Assembly (NCBI GenBank): GCA_048270185.1
Contig: JBLWTJ010000002.1
Span: 562,443 to 626,442 of the forward strand
Direction: 5' to 3'
From: Bacteriovoracaceae bacterium
GTDB lineage: Bacteria > Bdellovibrionota > Bacteriovoracia > Bacteriovoracales > Bacteriovoracaceae
Length of the DNA stretch: 64,000 bases
Below are positions 8,553 through 17,477 of the stretch, piece after piece. A program made the position numbers and the translations under genes. The notes beneath the pieces are model-generated. The model ran no database searches. It had not been told where the DNA came from and saw only the letters and a list, made by a program, of their open reading frames with translations. Every line of letters starts with the position of its first letter. The stretch's first letter is position 1.

Positions 8553-11210
8553 GTCGTACCAGTTTACACCAAAAGCCGGGTCAACTTTTAGAGGGACTTT
8601 TAGTTTTACAACATTTTCCATTCCCTCTTTTACAAGAGTTTTCATTTCATTTAATTCATTTTCAGGAACATCAAAAATAAGCTCATCATGTACCTGAAGA
8701 AGCATCTTAGATTTTAAGCCTCTTTTCTTAATTTCAGCATCAATATTGATCATGGCACATTTAATAATATCAGCGGCCGTTCCTTGAATTGGCGAGTTGA
8801 TGGCCATACGTTCAGCATTTGCCTTGATTGTACGGTTATTTGAATGGATATCCGGTAAAAAACGCTTACGGCCATACATTGTTATAGAATAACCTGTTTT
8901 CTCAGCATCCTCTTTAAGTCCATCTAAGAAACCTTTTATCTTTGAGAAACGTTCAAAGTACTTTTCAATATATGCCTTGGCATCCTTTCTTGAAATTTTA
9001 AGTGCCGAAGCAAGTCCGAAAGAAGACTGACCATACATAAGCCCAAAGTTTACGGCCTTGGCCTTTGACCTTTCATCACTTGTGACATCTTCAAGATTAA
9101 TACTATTAATCTCACTAGCTGTTTGAGCGTGAATATCCTTATCTTCATTGAAGGCCTTAATCATTGTTTCATCACCACTATAGTGGGCAAGGATACGAAG
9201 TTCAACTTGAGAGTAATCGGCAGCAAGAAGAAGGTTCCCAGGAGTTGCAATAAATGCTTTTCTTACAAGCCTTCCTTTCTCTGAACGAATTGGAATATTT
9301 TGAAGGTTTGGATTCACACTTGAAAGACGCCCTGTTTGAGCGACATGTTGATTGAAGCTTGTGTGAACTTTTCCGGTTTTCGGATTTACGATCTCTGGAA
9401 GAGCCTTCACGTAAGTAGAAAGGATTTTGCCAAGTTCACGGTACTGTAAAATAAGGTCTGGAACTTCATTAATATTCTTTGCTGCAAGCTCTTCTAATAC
9501 TGACGAGTCAGTAGAAAAACCAGTTTTCGTTTTTTTCACAACAGGAAAAGATAGTTCAGTAAATAAGAACTCCCCTACCTGTTTTGGTGAGTTTAAATTA
9601 ATCGTATCATTAACTGAATATGAATCGACTTTCTTTTGAATTGAATTAAGAGTTTCCTGAAGATCCTTTTCCATTTCATAAAGAAATTCTTTATTAAGAC
9701 TAATCCCTTCAAACTCCATTCGAGCAAGAATTGGAGTTAGTTTATTATCAATATCTTCATAAACGCTCACTAGTTCTTTCTCTTTTAATTCTTCTTTTAA
9801 AAGTGAAGCTAATCTAAAAACTGCAATTGAACGAATTCCAGAGTAAATTGATTTTTCTTCGACCGTCTCAAGTGATGTGATGAAAGGCGTCTTCTTATCT
9901 AAAGTTGTTACATTAACATTAACGTTAGATGAGATGGCCTCAATATTATGTCTCATACTAGGGCTTACATTATAATGGGCCTGAGTAATATCAAAGTTCT
10001 TTGCATTAAAATCTATCCCATGACGGAAGAGATGAGAATACTCTCGCTTAGAGTGCTCACTGAGTACTTCTTTCTTTTCATCTCCCCATACGAGGTCGAT
10101 ATACTCTTTTTCATTCTTTTCATTGATTTCTAAAAAGTAAGACTTGTTATCATCAAATGAAAAAGCAATGGCGATTAAGTTGCGTGCATGGATATCTTCA
10201 CTATCAAACTCTGATTGAATAGCAACTGATGGTGATTTTTTTAGAAGATCTTTGAATTCTTTTTCTTCAATATCCTTTCCAACAACGAAGTGTTCAAATG
10301 GAGAAGCAACAACTCCCTCTTCTTCGTCACCTTCAGCAACAGAAAGCTGATACTTAAGATCTTCCATTCTCTTAATCATCGAATTCATACCTAATTCCTT
10401 TAGGAATCCAAGTAATTCATCCGATGGATAAAACTTAAGTTCAGAATCTTCTGACTTACACTCAAGATTAATATCTGTTACGATTTTAATGAGTTCTCGT
10501 GATAACTTGGCATCTTCAACGTGTTCTGTGAAAGCAGTTTGCAGCTTCTTTCCTTTAAACGTATCTGATACCTCAAAACACTTATCAAGAGTATCGTGTT
10601 CAGCAAGAAGTTTTGCAGCTCCCTTTGCGCCAATCCCACGCATCCCCGGAATATTATCCGATGTATCCCCTACCATTGAGAGGTAATCAACAATTTGATC
10701 AGGCCTTACACCCATCTTTTCAAATACACCTTTCTCATCATAAGTGACATCTTTCATCGTATCGAGCATCTTGATATTGTCACCAACAAATTGCATAAGA
10801 TCCTTATCACCTGAAGCGATAAGAATTTCATCAAAGTCATTCTTCCACTGAGTTACAGAAGAGCCGATAATATCATCTGCTTCGTACTTATCATTTGCTA
10901 CATTTAATAATCCCATCTTATCGATAAGCTCTTTAATAAGTGCAAATTGGGGAACAAGATCTTCCGGCGGTTCAGAACGATTGGCCTTGTATTCTTCGTA
11001 CATTTCATTACGAAATGATCCTCCCGAAGTATCGCGAGCAAGAAGCATATGTGTTGGCCTATAATTGGCCATAATTTTAAGAAGCATTGAAAGAACACCA
11101 TAGGTTGCATTCACCGGTGTTCCATCCGGAGCATTCATTGAGCGAATTGCAAAGAATGCGCGAAATATAAAGTTACTGACGTCGACGACGATTAATCTTT
11201 TCTTTGACAT
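8544..11210 (-). CDS. polA: DNA polymerase I
   Basis: 5'-3' exonuclease (YKANR, EADDIIG, SGDKD, GDTSDNIPG); polymerase motifs DYSQVELRILAH, KAVNFGLMYG, QVHDEL. Confidence 0.98.
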   Translation of the reverse strand: MSKKRLIVVDVSNFIFRAFFAIRSMNAPDGTPVNATYGVLSMLLKIMANYRPTHMLLARDTSGGSFRNEMYEEYKANRSEPPEDLVPQFALIKELIDKMGLLNVANDKYEADDIIGSSVTQWKNDFDEILIASGDKDLMQFVGDNIKMLDTMKDVTYDEKGVFEKMGVRPDQIVDYLSMVGDTSDNIPGMRGIGAKGAAKLLAEHDTLDKCFEVSDTFKGKKLQTAFTEHVEDAKLSRELIKIVTDINLECKSEDSELKFYPSDELLGFLKELGMNSMIKRMEDLKYQLSVAEGDEEEGVVASPFEHFVVGKDIEEKEFKDLLKKSPSVAIQSEFDSEDIHARNLIAIAFSFDDNKSYFLEINEKNEKEYIDLVWGDEKKEVLSEHSKREYSHLFRHGIDFNAKNFDITQAHYNVSPSMRHNIEAISSNVNVNVTTLDKKTPFITSLETVEEKSIYSGIRSIAVFRLASLLKEELKEKELVSVYEDIDNKLTPILARMEFEGISLNKEFLYEMEKDLQETLNSIQKKVDSYSVNDTINLNSPKQVGEFLFTELSFPVVKKTKTGFSTDSSVLEELAAKNINEVPDLILQYRELGKILSTYVKALPEIVNPKTGKVHTSFNQHVAQTGRLSSVNPNLQNIPIRSEKGRLVRKAFIATPGNLLLAADYSQVELRILAHYSGDETMIKAFNEDKDIHAQTASEINSINLEDVTSDERSKAKAVNFGLMYGQSSFGLASALKISRKDAKAYIEKYFERFSKIKGFLDGLKEDAEKTGYSITMYGRKRFLPDIHSNNRTIKANAERMAINSPIQGTAADIIKCAMINIDAEIKKRGLKSKMLLQVHDELIFDVPENELNEMKTLVKEGMENVVKLKVPLKVDPAFGVNWYDLK

Positions 11211-11283
11211 ATAATCTCCAATTTATGCTATAAATCTAGCCAATTAAGTTGAATCTGTTAATGGTTAATGTGGAGAATCAGTC

Positions 11284-11751
11284 ATGGACAATGCGCAAAA
11301 GATCGAAAAATATAACGGTGTTAAACGTGATATCTTTGCAATTTGCGAGGGTGAAACAAGTACTATCGCTAAGATGGCCACAATTTCTTGTGTTCTAAAG
11401 CAAGCTTTCTCTCACTACTATTGGTGTGGATTCTATATAGTTGACCCAAATAAAGAGAATGAACTAGTTGTTGGGCCTTACCAAGGTACCCTGGGATGCC
11501 TTCGCATACCCTTTGGTAAAGGGGTTTGCGGGACGGCCGCTCAAACTCTTGAAACTCAAATCGTTGAAGATGTTCACTCTATCGCTAATCACATAACTTG
11601 TGACCCAAAGAGTCAGTCAGAAATTGTCGTACCTGTATTTGAAAACGAAAAGCTTATTGCAGTTCTTGATGTCGACAGTGACTCACTGGCAAGCTTCAAT
11701 GAAGTTGATAAAAATAATTTAGAAGAAATAATTGAAAAAGTTTTTGCTTAA
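11284..11751 (+). CDS. msrC: GAF-domain free methionine-R-sulfoxide reductase
   Basis: WCGFY, GPYQGTLGC, GKGVCGTAA, HITCD, SEIVVP, VLDVDS. Confidence 0.85.
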   Translation: MDNAQKIEKYNGVKRDIFAICEGETSTIAKMATISCVLKQAFSHYYWCGFYIVDPNKENELVVGPYQGTLGCLRIPFGKGVCGTAAQTLETQIVEDVHSIANHITCDPKSQSEIVVPVFENEKLIAVLDVDSDSLASFNEVDKNNLEEIIEKVFA

Positions 11752-12245
11752 GCCTGAGTTCCTTGGTCTTCAAACCAATTAGTCTTTCGCTTCTTAATAG
11801 CAAGCATCGTATCATCATTTGCCATGACAGTTGTGTCGGCCATGACGTCACCTAATCTGTGACCAGAATCTAACTTGTAAAGAAGATAGAGCTCAATCCC
11901 TACAATTGGCACTCCAATAATTACGGCCATAAACCAACCTGCAACAGGAATAATGGCAAAGGCCAACGGAATGATAAATGGTAGATTTCTAATAAAACTC
12001 TGCTTAAGTGAACAAGGTGTTCCATCAATAAGTGAGATCACGCGAAAGCCAATGAACTTCTTCCCTACCGACTGCCCATTTTGAATTGAGTCAGCAAAGC
12101 TTAGATAAACAATGGAAAAGAGAATTCCAATTGGATAGAGAAATAGTGAAAGAACAATGACAATGAAGAGGTCAATTGCCTTGGCCAATATACGTGAATA
12201 TCTTGCGACCTTGATGGCCGACTTTAGAAGATACTTTCTATCCAT
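11748..12245 (-). CDS. RDD family membrane protein
   Basis: RILAKAID, GQSVGKK, RLGDVMADTTV. Confidence 0.88.
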   Translation of the reverse strand: MDRKYLLKSAIKVARYSRILAKAIDLFIVIVLSLFLYPIGILFSIVYLSFADSIQNGQSVGKKFIGFRVISLIDGTPCSLKQSFIRNLPFIIPLAFAIIPVAGWFMAVIIGVPIVGIELYLLYKLDSGHRLGDVMADTTVMANDDTMLAIKKRKTNWFEDQGTQA

Positions 12246-12442
12246 ATATTTATCTTATCCTATTAATTTTATTAGAAAACAAGGCATTTTTTGCACTACG
12301 TCCAAACAAGGAGTATTAACTGAAGAAATCTTTAACTTATCTATCACTCAATAGTCTTTGATTAATAGCCAAGAATAATTTTTTACGATATAACTTTAGA
12401 CTGAGAATAAAAAGAGCACCATTTGCTCTGGAGGATAATTAT

Positions 12443-12766
12443 ATGAGTACTGTTGGTAAAACTGACGTAACAAATTTTGAAACTGATGTATTAAAAAACT
12501 CAAAGCCAGTTCTAGTTGATTTCTGGGCAGAATGGTGTGGACCTTGTAAAACTTTAGGCCCAGTTCTTGATGAAGTTGCATCAGAAATTGGTGAAGGTGC
12601 GAGCATTCTTAAAGTAAACGTTGATGACAACGGTGAACTAGCTCAACAATATGGAATCCGTGGTATTCCAACAATGATCTTCTTTAAGGACGGACAAGCA
12701 GCTAAGACTCTTGTTGGTGTTCAAACTAAAGACGAAATTAAAAAATCATTAGAAGAACTTATGTAA
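12443..12766 (+). CDS. trxA: Thioredoxin
   Basis: VDFWAEWCGPCK, GIPT. Confidence 0.97.
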   Translation: MSTVGKTDVTNFETDVLKNSKPVLVDFWAEWCGPCKTLGPVLDEVASEIGEGASILKVNVDDNGELAQQYGIRGIPTMIFFKDGQAAKTLVGVQTKDEIKKSLEELM

Positions 12767-12769
12767 TAG

Positions 12770-12800
12770 AAGCCTCTTTTTAAAAGAGGCTTTTTTCTTT
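12770..12800 (+). terminator. Intrinsic terminator after trxA
   Basis: aagcctctttt-t-aaaagaggctt followed by a T tract. Confidence 0.75.
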
Positions 12801-12811
12801 TTGAAGGATAT

Positions 12812-13393
12812 ATGGAAAATTTCATTTCTCACGCTTTTAATCACGCCCAAGAAACTTTAAATAAATTTATTGCTAACGAAGAAAACTTCTCAATTATGGA
12901 GAAGGCCATTAATGAAATGGTTCAAGCAATTAAAGGTAATGGCCGAGTAATTAGCTGCGGAAATGGTGGATCAATGTGCGATGCTATGCACTTTGCAGAA
13001 GAGTTAACAGGACGCTTTCGCAAAGACCGCCCAGCAATGCCAGCTGTAGCAGTTGCCGACCCATCACATATCACTTGTGTGGCAAATGACTACGGATTCG
13101 AGTATATCTTCTCAAAGTATGTTGAGGCCCATGGCCAAAAAGGCGACGTCCTTCTTGCAATCTCAACTTCAGGTAATTCACCAAATTGTCTCGAGGCCGT
13201 AAAGTCTGCTCACGCCCAAGGAATGAAAGTCGTAGGACTCCTTGGAAAAGGTGGCGGAAAAATGAAGGACCTTGTGGACTTCCCAATTGTCATTGAAGCC
13301 GAACTTTCTGATCGTATTCAAGAAATGCATATTAAAATCATTCATACGTTCATAGAAGGGATCGAGCGCCAAGTCTATCCAGATAACTACTAG
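12812..13393 (+). CDS. gmhA: D-sedoheptulose 7-phosphate isomerase
   Basis: CGNGGS, HFAEEL, ANDYG, ISTSGNS, RIQEMH. Confidence 0.96.
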   Translation: MENFISHAFNHAQETLNKFIANEENFSIMEKAINEMVQAIKGNGRVISCGNGGSMCDAMHFAEELTGRFRKDRPAMPAVAVADPSHITCVANDYGFEYIFSKYVEAHGQKGDVLLAISTSGNSPNCLEAVKSAHAQGMKVVGLLGKGGGKMKDLVDFPIVIEAELSDRIQEMHIKIIHTFIEGIERQVYPDNY

Positions 13394-13434
13394 ATAAAAC
13401 CGGCACAAACTTCCAACTCTTTAAAATCAAGTGC

Positions 13435-13462
13435 TTGACGCATTTATGCGTTAAAATATTCT
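13435..13462 (+). promoter_or_regulatory. Candidate sigma70 promoter overlapped by an inverted repeat
   Basis: TTGACG-N16-TATTCT; dyad ttgacgcat-tt-atgcgttaa. Confidence 0.4.
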
Positions 13463-13493
13463 TAAGATAGTACATAATTTTAAGGAGCTATAA

Positions 13494-14144
13494 ATGGAAG
13501 GCACAGCTGTATCATCGGTAAACACGATCGCTGCATTTTTTCAAAATGGTGGGATTTTCATGTGGATCATCCTCTTCATCTGGGCAGTAGGTATTGCCAT
13601 TGGTTTAGAGAGATTCTTTAAGTTAAGTTTTAAATTTGATGTTGATGGAGCTTCATTTATGAATGAACTTCGTCGCTATATTATGGCCAACGATGTTGAA
13701 GGTGCATCTCGTGTATGTTCGGGATCAAACGCTGCTCTACCAAAAGTTCTAAGAAGTGGACTTGAAAGAGCGTCAGCAAGACCAGAGCAAATTCAAAATG
13801 CAATCGATGCAACAGCACTTGAAGTTATTCCAAAAGTTGAGTTAAGACTTAACTATCTTCAACTAATTGCTAATATCGCTACTCTATTTGGACTTCTTGG
13901 AACAATCCAAGGTCTAATCGCTTCATTCGCAGCTGTTGCAGCAGCAGATCCAACACAAAAAGCTGAGCTTCTTGCCAAAGGGATTTCACAAGCGATGAAC
14001 ACAACTTTCTTAGGACTACTAGTGGCCATCACAATTATGGTTATTCACGCATTCCTAAGCTCTAAATCAGAGAAAATCATTAACGAAATTGATGAATACT
14101 CAGTTAAGTTAATGGACATTTTAAGCACTGAAGAAAGTAAGTAG
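13494..14144 (+). CDS. MotA/TolQ/ExbB proton channel subunit (AglR-like)
   Basis: Three TM helices; ATLFGLLGTIQGLI; GISQAMNTTFLGL. Confidence 0.92.
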   Translation: MEGTAVSSVNTIAAFFQNGGIFMWIILFIWAVGIAIGLERFFKLSFKFDVDGASFMNELRRYIMANDVEGASRVCSGSNAALPKVLRSGLERASARPEQIQNAIDATALEVIPKVELRLNYLQLIANIATLFGLLGTIQGLIASFAAVAAADPTQKAELLAKGISQAMNTTFLGLLVAITIMVIHAFLSSKSEKIINEIDEYSVKLMDILSTEESK

Positions 14145-14149
14145 TAATT

Positions 14150-14677
14150 ATGTATAGAAAACCGAGTCGAAAATATAAGAATAAGAAAGTTGAAAGGCTG
14201 AATCTAATTCCAATTTTAGATTCGGTCTTTATCTTTATTTTCTTTCTATTAATGTCAGCTAATTTTGTCAGAATCTATGAAATTGGCTCAGATGTACCAA
14301 TTATCTCTAACTCTCAACCACCTAAAGAACAGAAGAAGAGATTAGACCTAACTCTAAAAATAAATCAATCTTCAATTACCCTACACTCGGGGCCAAATGA
14401 AAATCGTATTTTTAGTGTCGGGAAGAACTCTGAAGGTGAATACGACCTATTTAAACTTCGCGAGAAGCTTATCGACCTGAAGAAGAGATATGTAGATGAA
14501 AAAGAAGTAATCTTCATTCCTAATGCAAATATTACTTATGAAGAACTAATTAAGATTATGGACTCAGTTCGTGACCTAAAGAAAACAGATCCAGAAATTT
14601 GGACTAAAGAAAATGGTCAAGATAAGAAAATCACTGAGCTGTTTAACAATATTATTTTTGGCGACACACAGTCGTAG
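14150..14677 (+). CDS. ExbD/TolR family protein (AglQ/AglS-like)
   Basis: LNLIPILDSVFIFIFFLL with the conserved Asp; YEELIKIMD. Confidence 0.88.
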   Translation: MYRKPSRKYKNKKVERLNLIPILDSVFIFIFFLLMSANFVRIYEIGSDVPIISNSQPPKEQKKRLDLTLKINQSSITLHSGPNENRIFSVGKNSEGEYDLFKLREKLIDLKKRYVDEKEVIFIPNANITYEELIKIMDSVRDLKKTDPEIWTKENGQDKKITELFNNIIFGDTQS

Positions 14678-14694
14678 AAACATATAGGTTAATT

Positions 14695-15204
14695 ATGAGA
14701 AAACGCTCCATTAGGGACAGAGGTATAAGAAGAAAGAAGGAACCATTTGATATTGATATCACTTCCCTTCTCGATATTCTCGTTATCCTTCTAGTCTTTC
14801 TAATCAGAAGTTATGATACAACAGGTGTAATCTTAAATATTCCAAAAGATATTACGATTCCACACTCTGTTTCTAAATCAATAAATGAGCAAGGTGTTGT
14901 TGTGCAAGTCTCTCCTAAGATTATCTGGGTTGATGATAAAGAAGTACACAATACGGAAACTTATAAAGGACGCCTCTACTCGCAAGGAGGACGCCTAATT
15001 CTTCCTCTTTATAACGAACTTGTTGCAAAGAGAACAGAGATTGAAAACGTTGCGAAATCAACTCCCAACGCTAAAAAATTCTCAGGTATCGTCAACCTTG
15101 TTGTTGATAAATCACTTAAATATAATTACGTAAAGAAGCTTATGCACACTGCTGCAGAGGCTGGCTTTCAAAAGTATAAATTCGTTGTTCTCGGACAAGA
15201 ATGA
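14695..15204 (+). CDS. ExbD/TolR family protein (AglQ/AglS-like)
   Basis: ITSLLDILVILLVFLI; VDKSLKYNYVKKLMHTAAEAGF. Confidence 0.88.
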   Translation: MRKRSIRDRGIRRKKEPFDIDITSLLDILVILLVFLIRSYDTTGVILNIPKDITIPHSVSKSINEQGVVVQVSPKIIWVDDKEVHNTETYKGRLYSQGGRLILPLYNELVAKRTEIENVAKSTPNAKKFSGIVNLVVDKSLKYNYVKKLMHTAAEAGFQKYKFVVLGQE

Positions 15205-15208
15205 TATT

Positions 15209-15232
15209 AAGGCTCCCTTCGGAGCCTTTTTT
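15209..15232 (+). terminator. Intrinsic terminator between convergent operons
   Basis: aaggctcc-cttc-ggagcctt then tttt. Confidence 0.8.
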
Positions 15233-15239
15233 ATTTAAG

Positions 15240-16535
15240 CTAGAAGAATCTAGAAAGAGTAATTGATAACTCATCATCCCCATCGAGGACATAAAGGCCA
15301 CTCTTATCGGCTTTGGCATCCTCTCCAATTGTTACCCCTCGAAAGCTAATCTTTCCTTTCCAGGCATTATTTAGGCGACGCTCATAACTTAGGTAGTAAA
15401 GAGTCTCCCCTTCCCTTTCTAAGTCAAAATAAACACCAAGCATGAATTCATTTGAGTAAGCATCATTAAGCGCTAAGCGATGACCTACAAAGAGATCATT
15501 TTGAAAGATTTGTGCCTGTTTTCTTTGTAACTTATCAACCCCTAATACTCTTTGGTATTCAGTAAAAAATCCTGAACTCCAATTATTAGCATAATTATAA
15601 GTATACTCATGTCCGATTGAAGCTAGGTGATAATCAAATGCTTGTCTCTTAACTGTCGGAACAGGTGTTGTCACTTGTGTGTAGTCATAGATTGCTAAGT
15701 CACTATCAACATTAAAATCTGAGTATAAGTATTCAAACTTGAATGTCTGTTCTCCCCAAAAATACGTCGCGGCCGTTCCGTAATCAAGAACATCAGCATA
15801 GTAAACATTTAGAGCTCTTGTCGATAAGTTGTGAAAGCCCACTATTGGACGAGTACGATCAATATGGTCCATCGCAAACACAGTTAAATCAAGGTCACCA
15901 AATTGATGGGCATAGTAAATTGCCCACTGGTTGTACTGATCTTCTTCATCGACTGTTTTGATTTCATTTCCAACAACAACATTCTGACTTGCAGGAGTTA
16001 GCCCATCAAAAATTCTCATTTTCTTATTTGGATAGAATCCTTCTTTGAAGTATGGCATATAGATGAACTTCATTGTTCCGATACTTGTGTAATGGCTTGC
16101 CACAATAGAGGCTTCCCCGAGTTTTTCGAAACGTTCAATATTTCCATCATTGATTCGAGAGTTGATGACATCAACGACATGGTATGCTTCAAGACGAGAC
16201 CACATGAACATATGGTAACCAGCACTTACCTGCCAGTTCCCAAAGCTTCGTCCAATATTCAATTCGTTAAAGTCAACATAGCTATTTTCTTGGTACTTCT
16301 CATCTGCTCGACCAATTAATGAAAGGTTGTACTCCCAACCATCCCAATCACCGCGCTCCTCTACTGAAGCTTTAATAAATGCTAGTTCATTTGGCTGATC
16401 TTCATTTGTTAGAGTTTGAGATTTTTCTGTATAGCCTCTAAAGTTTAATGAAATCTCTCCTCGGCCATCGGCAAATGTATTATGACCAAGTAGTGAGACA
16501 GTCCCTGCAATTAATACAAAAAATAAATTCTTCAA
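15240..16535 (-). CDS. Putative outer-membrane beta-barrel protein
   Basis: TTG start, signal peptide (TFA-D), aromatic alternating strands, C-terminal LSRFF. Confidence 0.75.
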   Translation of the reverse strand: MKNLFFVLIAGTVSLLGHNTFADGRGEISLNFRGYTEKSQTLTNEDQPNELAFIKASVEERGDWDGWEYNLSLIGRADEKYQENSYVDFNELNIGRSFGNWQVSAGYHMFMWSRLEAYHVVDVINSRINDGNIERFEKLGEASIVASHYTSIGTMKFIYMPYFKEGFYPNKKMRIFDGLTPASQNVVVGNEIKTVDEEDQYNQWAIYYAHQFGDLDLTVFAMDHIDRTRPIVGFHNLSTRALNVYYADVLDYGTAATYFWGEQTFKFEYLYSDFNVDSDLAIYDYTQVTTPVPTVKRQAFDYHLASIGHEYTYNYANNWSSGFFTEYQRVLGVDKLQRKQAQIFQNDLFVGHRLALNDAYSNEFMLGVYFDLEREGETLYYLSYERRLNNAWKGKISFRGVTIGEDAKADKSGLYVLDGDDELSITLSRFF

Positions 16536-16536
16536 A

Positions 16537-17301
16537 TTACTTTAACTTCCTCTTAGTAAGATCGTTTTCTTCAACTTTCTTACCAATAACTCTATCTTTC
16601 CAATTAAAAATAGATTTCTTTTTATTGTTAAGGTTTACCATAACAATTTTATTGGCACGCCACATTTTTCTTTTCCCAACTGTGTAAGATTTAAATCCTT
16701 CCATTGTTGAAGTTTTAATGTGTTCATTTCTTTTGTTAAAATACTCAGACTTTACTGGTGTAAGGTACTTTTTTGAAACATAGAGTATTACTTTTGAATA
16801 TGAGCTCTTAGCTTTTGACTTTCGTTCAACAACCCAAACATTATCTTTACCGACTTTTGAATCTTTTAAGTATTCATAATTATACTTTTCAATTGTCTGA
16901 CCACCAATATCCTCAAATGAGAATTCAGATCCCATGAAAGAGCTTCCCTTAGAGCGTGAGTTGATTTTCTTAACTCTCTTTAAGGACGGAAGATAAAGCC
17001 ATTGGTCATCATCTTGCTCACTATTTTTCCAAGTCCATGTTAGAAGTTTAGTTCCCTTAACGTCTAAAGGCTTTTTAAATTCCATCAAGCTCTTATCGAC
17101 ACCTTCAAACTCACCAGAGATACCAATCATCTCTCTTACAATTTCAACACCACTTGAGTCGACTAAAATAAGCTCCATCGTTGACGTATCACCAACAAAA
17201 CCAGAGTTGGCCTTATCCATCTTCTGAGCAATCTCTAAACCTTTCGGATTTGCTAGAGCACTAATCGATACTAGAATTAATAGTAATTTAAAAAATTTCA
17301 T
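16537..17301 (-). CDS. LolA-like outer-membrane lipoprotein-sorting family protein
   Basis: PLDVKGTKLL, DDQWLYLPSLKRVKKI, SFMGSEFSFED; start reassigned to the ATG at 17301 (SD gaggt, signal peptide MKFFKLLL). Confidence 0.88.
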   Translation of the reverse strand: MKFFKLLLILVSISALANPKGLEIAQKMDKANSGFVGDTSTMELILVDSSGVEIVREMIGISGEFEGVDKSLMEFKKPLDVKGTKLLTWTWKNSEQDDDQWLYLPSLKRVKKINSRSKGSSFMGSEFSFEDIGGQTIEKYNYEYLKDSKVGKDNVWVVERKSKAKSSYSKVILYVSKKYLTPVKSEYFNKRNEHIKTSTMEGFKSYTVGKRKMWRANKIVMVNLNNKKKSIFNWKDRVIGKKVEENDLTKRKLK

Positions 17302-17438
17302 ATCTACCTCGCATGGCCTCAAAGGAGGCTGGCCTATTTGCATTAGTTTTACGCAAATGAGTGTATCATCGACAATACAATGATTGAACATTTTGTATTG
17401 ATAATGACAAAGTATTTATCTAAGTGGTTGAAATTATA

Positions 17439-17460
17439 CCCCTTGTAGATCTACAAGGGG
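17439..17460 (-). terminator. Perfect 22-bp palindrome, probable terminator of the glt-like operon
   Basis: ccccttgtagatctacaagggg, 17 nt beyond the gltG-like stop. Confidence 0.65.
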
Positions 17461-17477
17461 CGTTATATTTAGTAAAT

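Noticed and set aside
13400..13416. Sigma54-like site cggcacaaacttcca
   Set aside because: Lacks the -12 GC at the required spacing
13494..15204. Tol-Pal or TonB uptake system
   Set aside because: No tolA/tolB/pal or TonB receptor nearby; two TolR-like genes plus the glt operon fit Agl better
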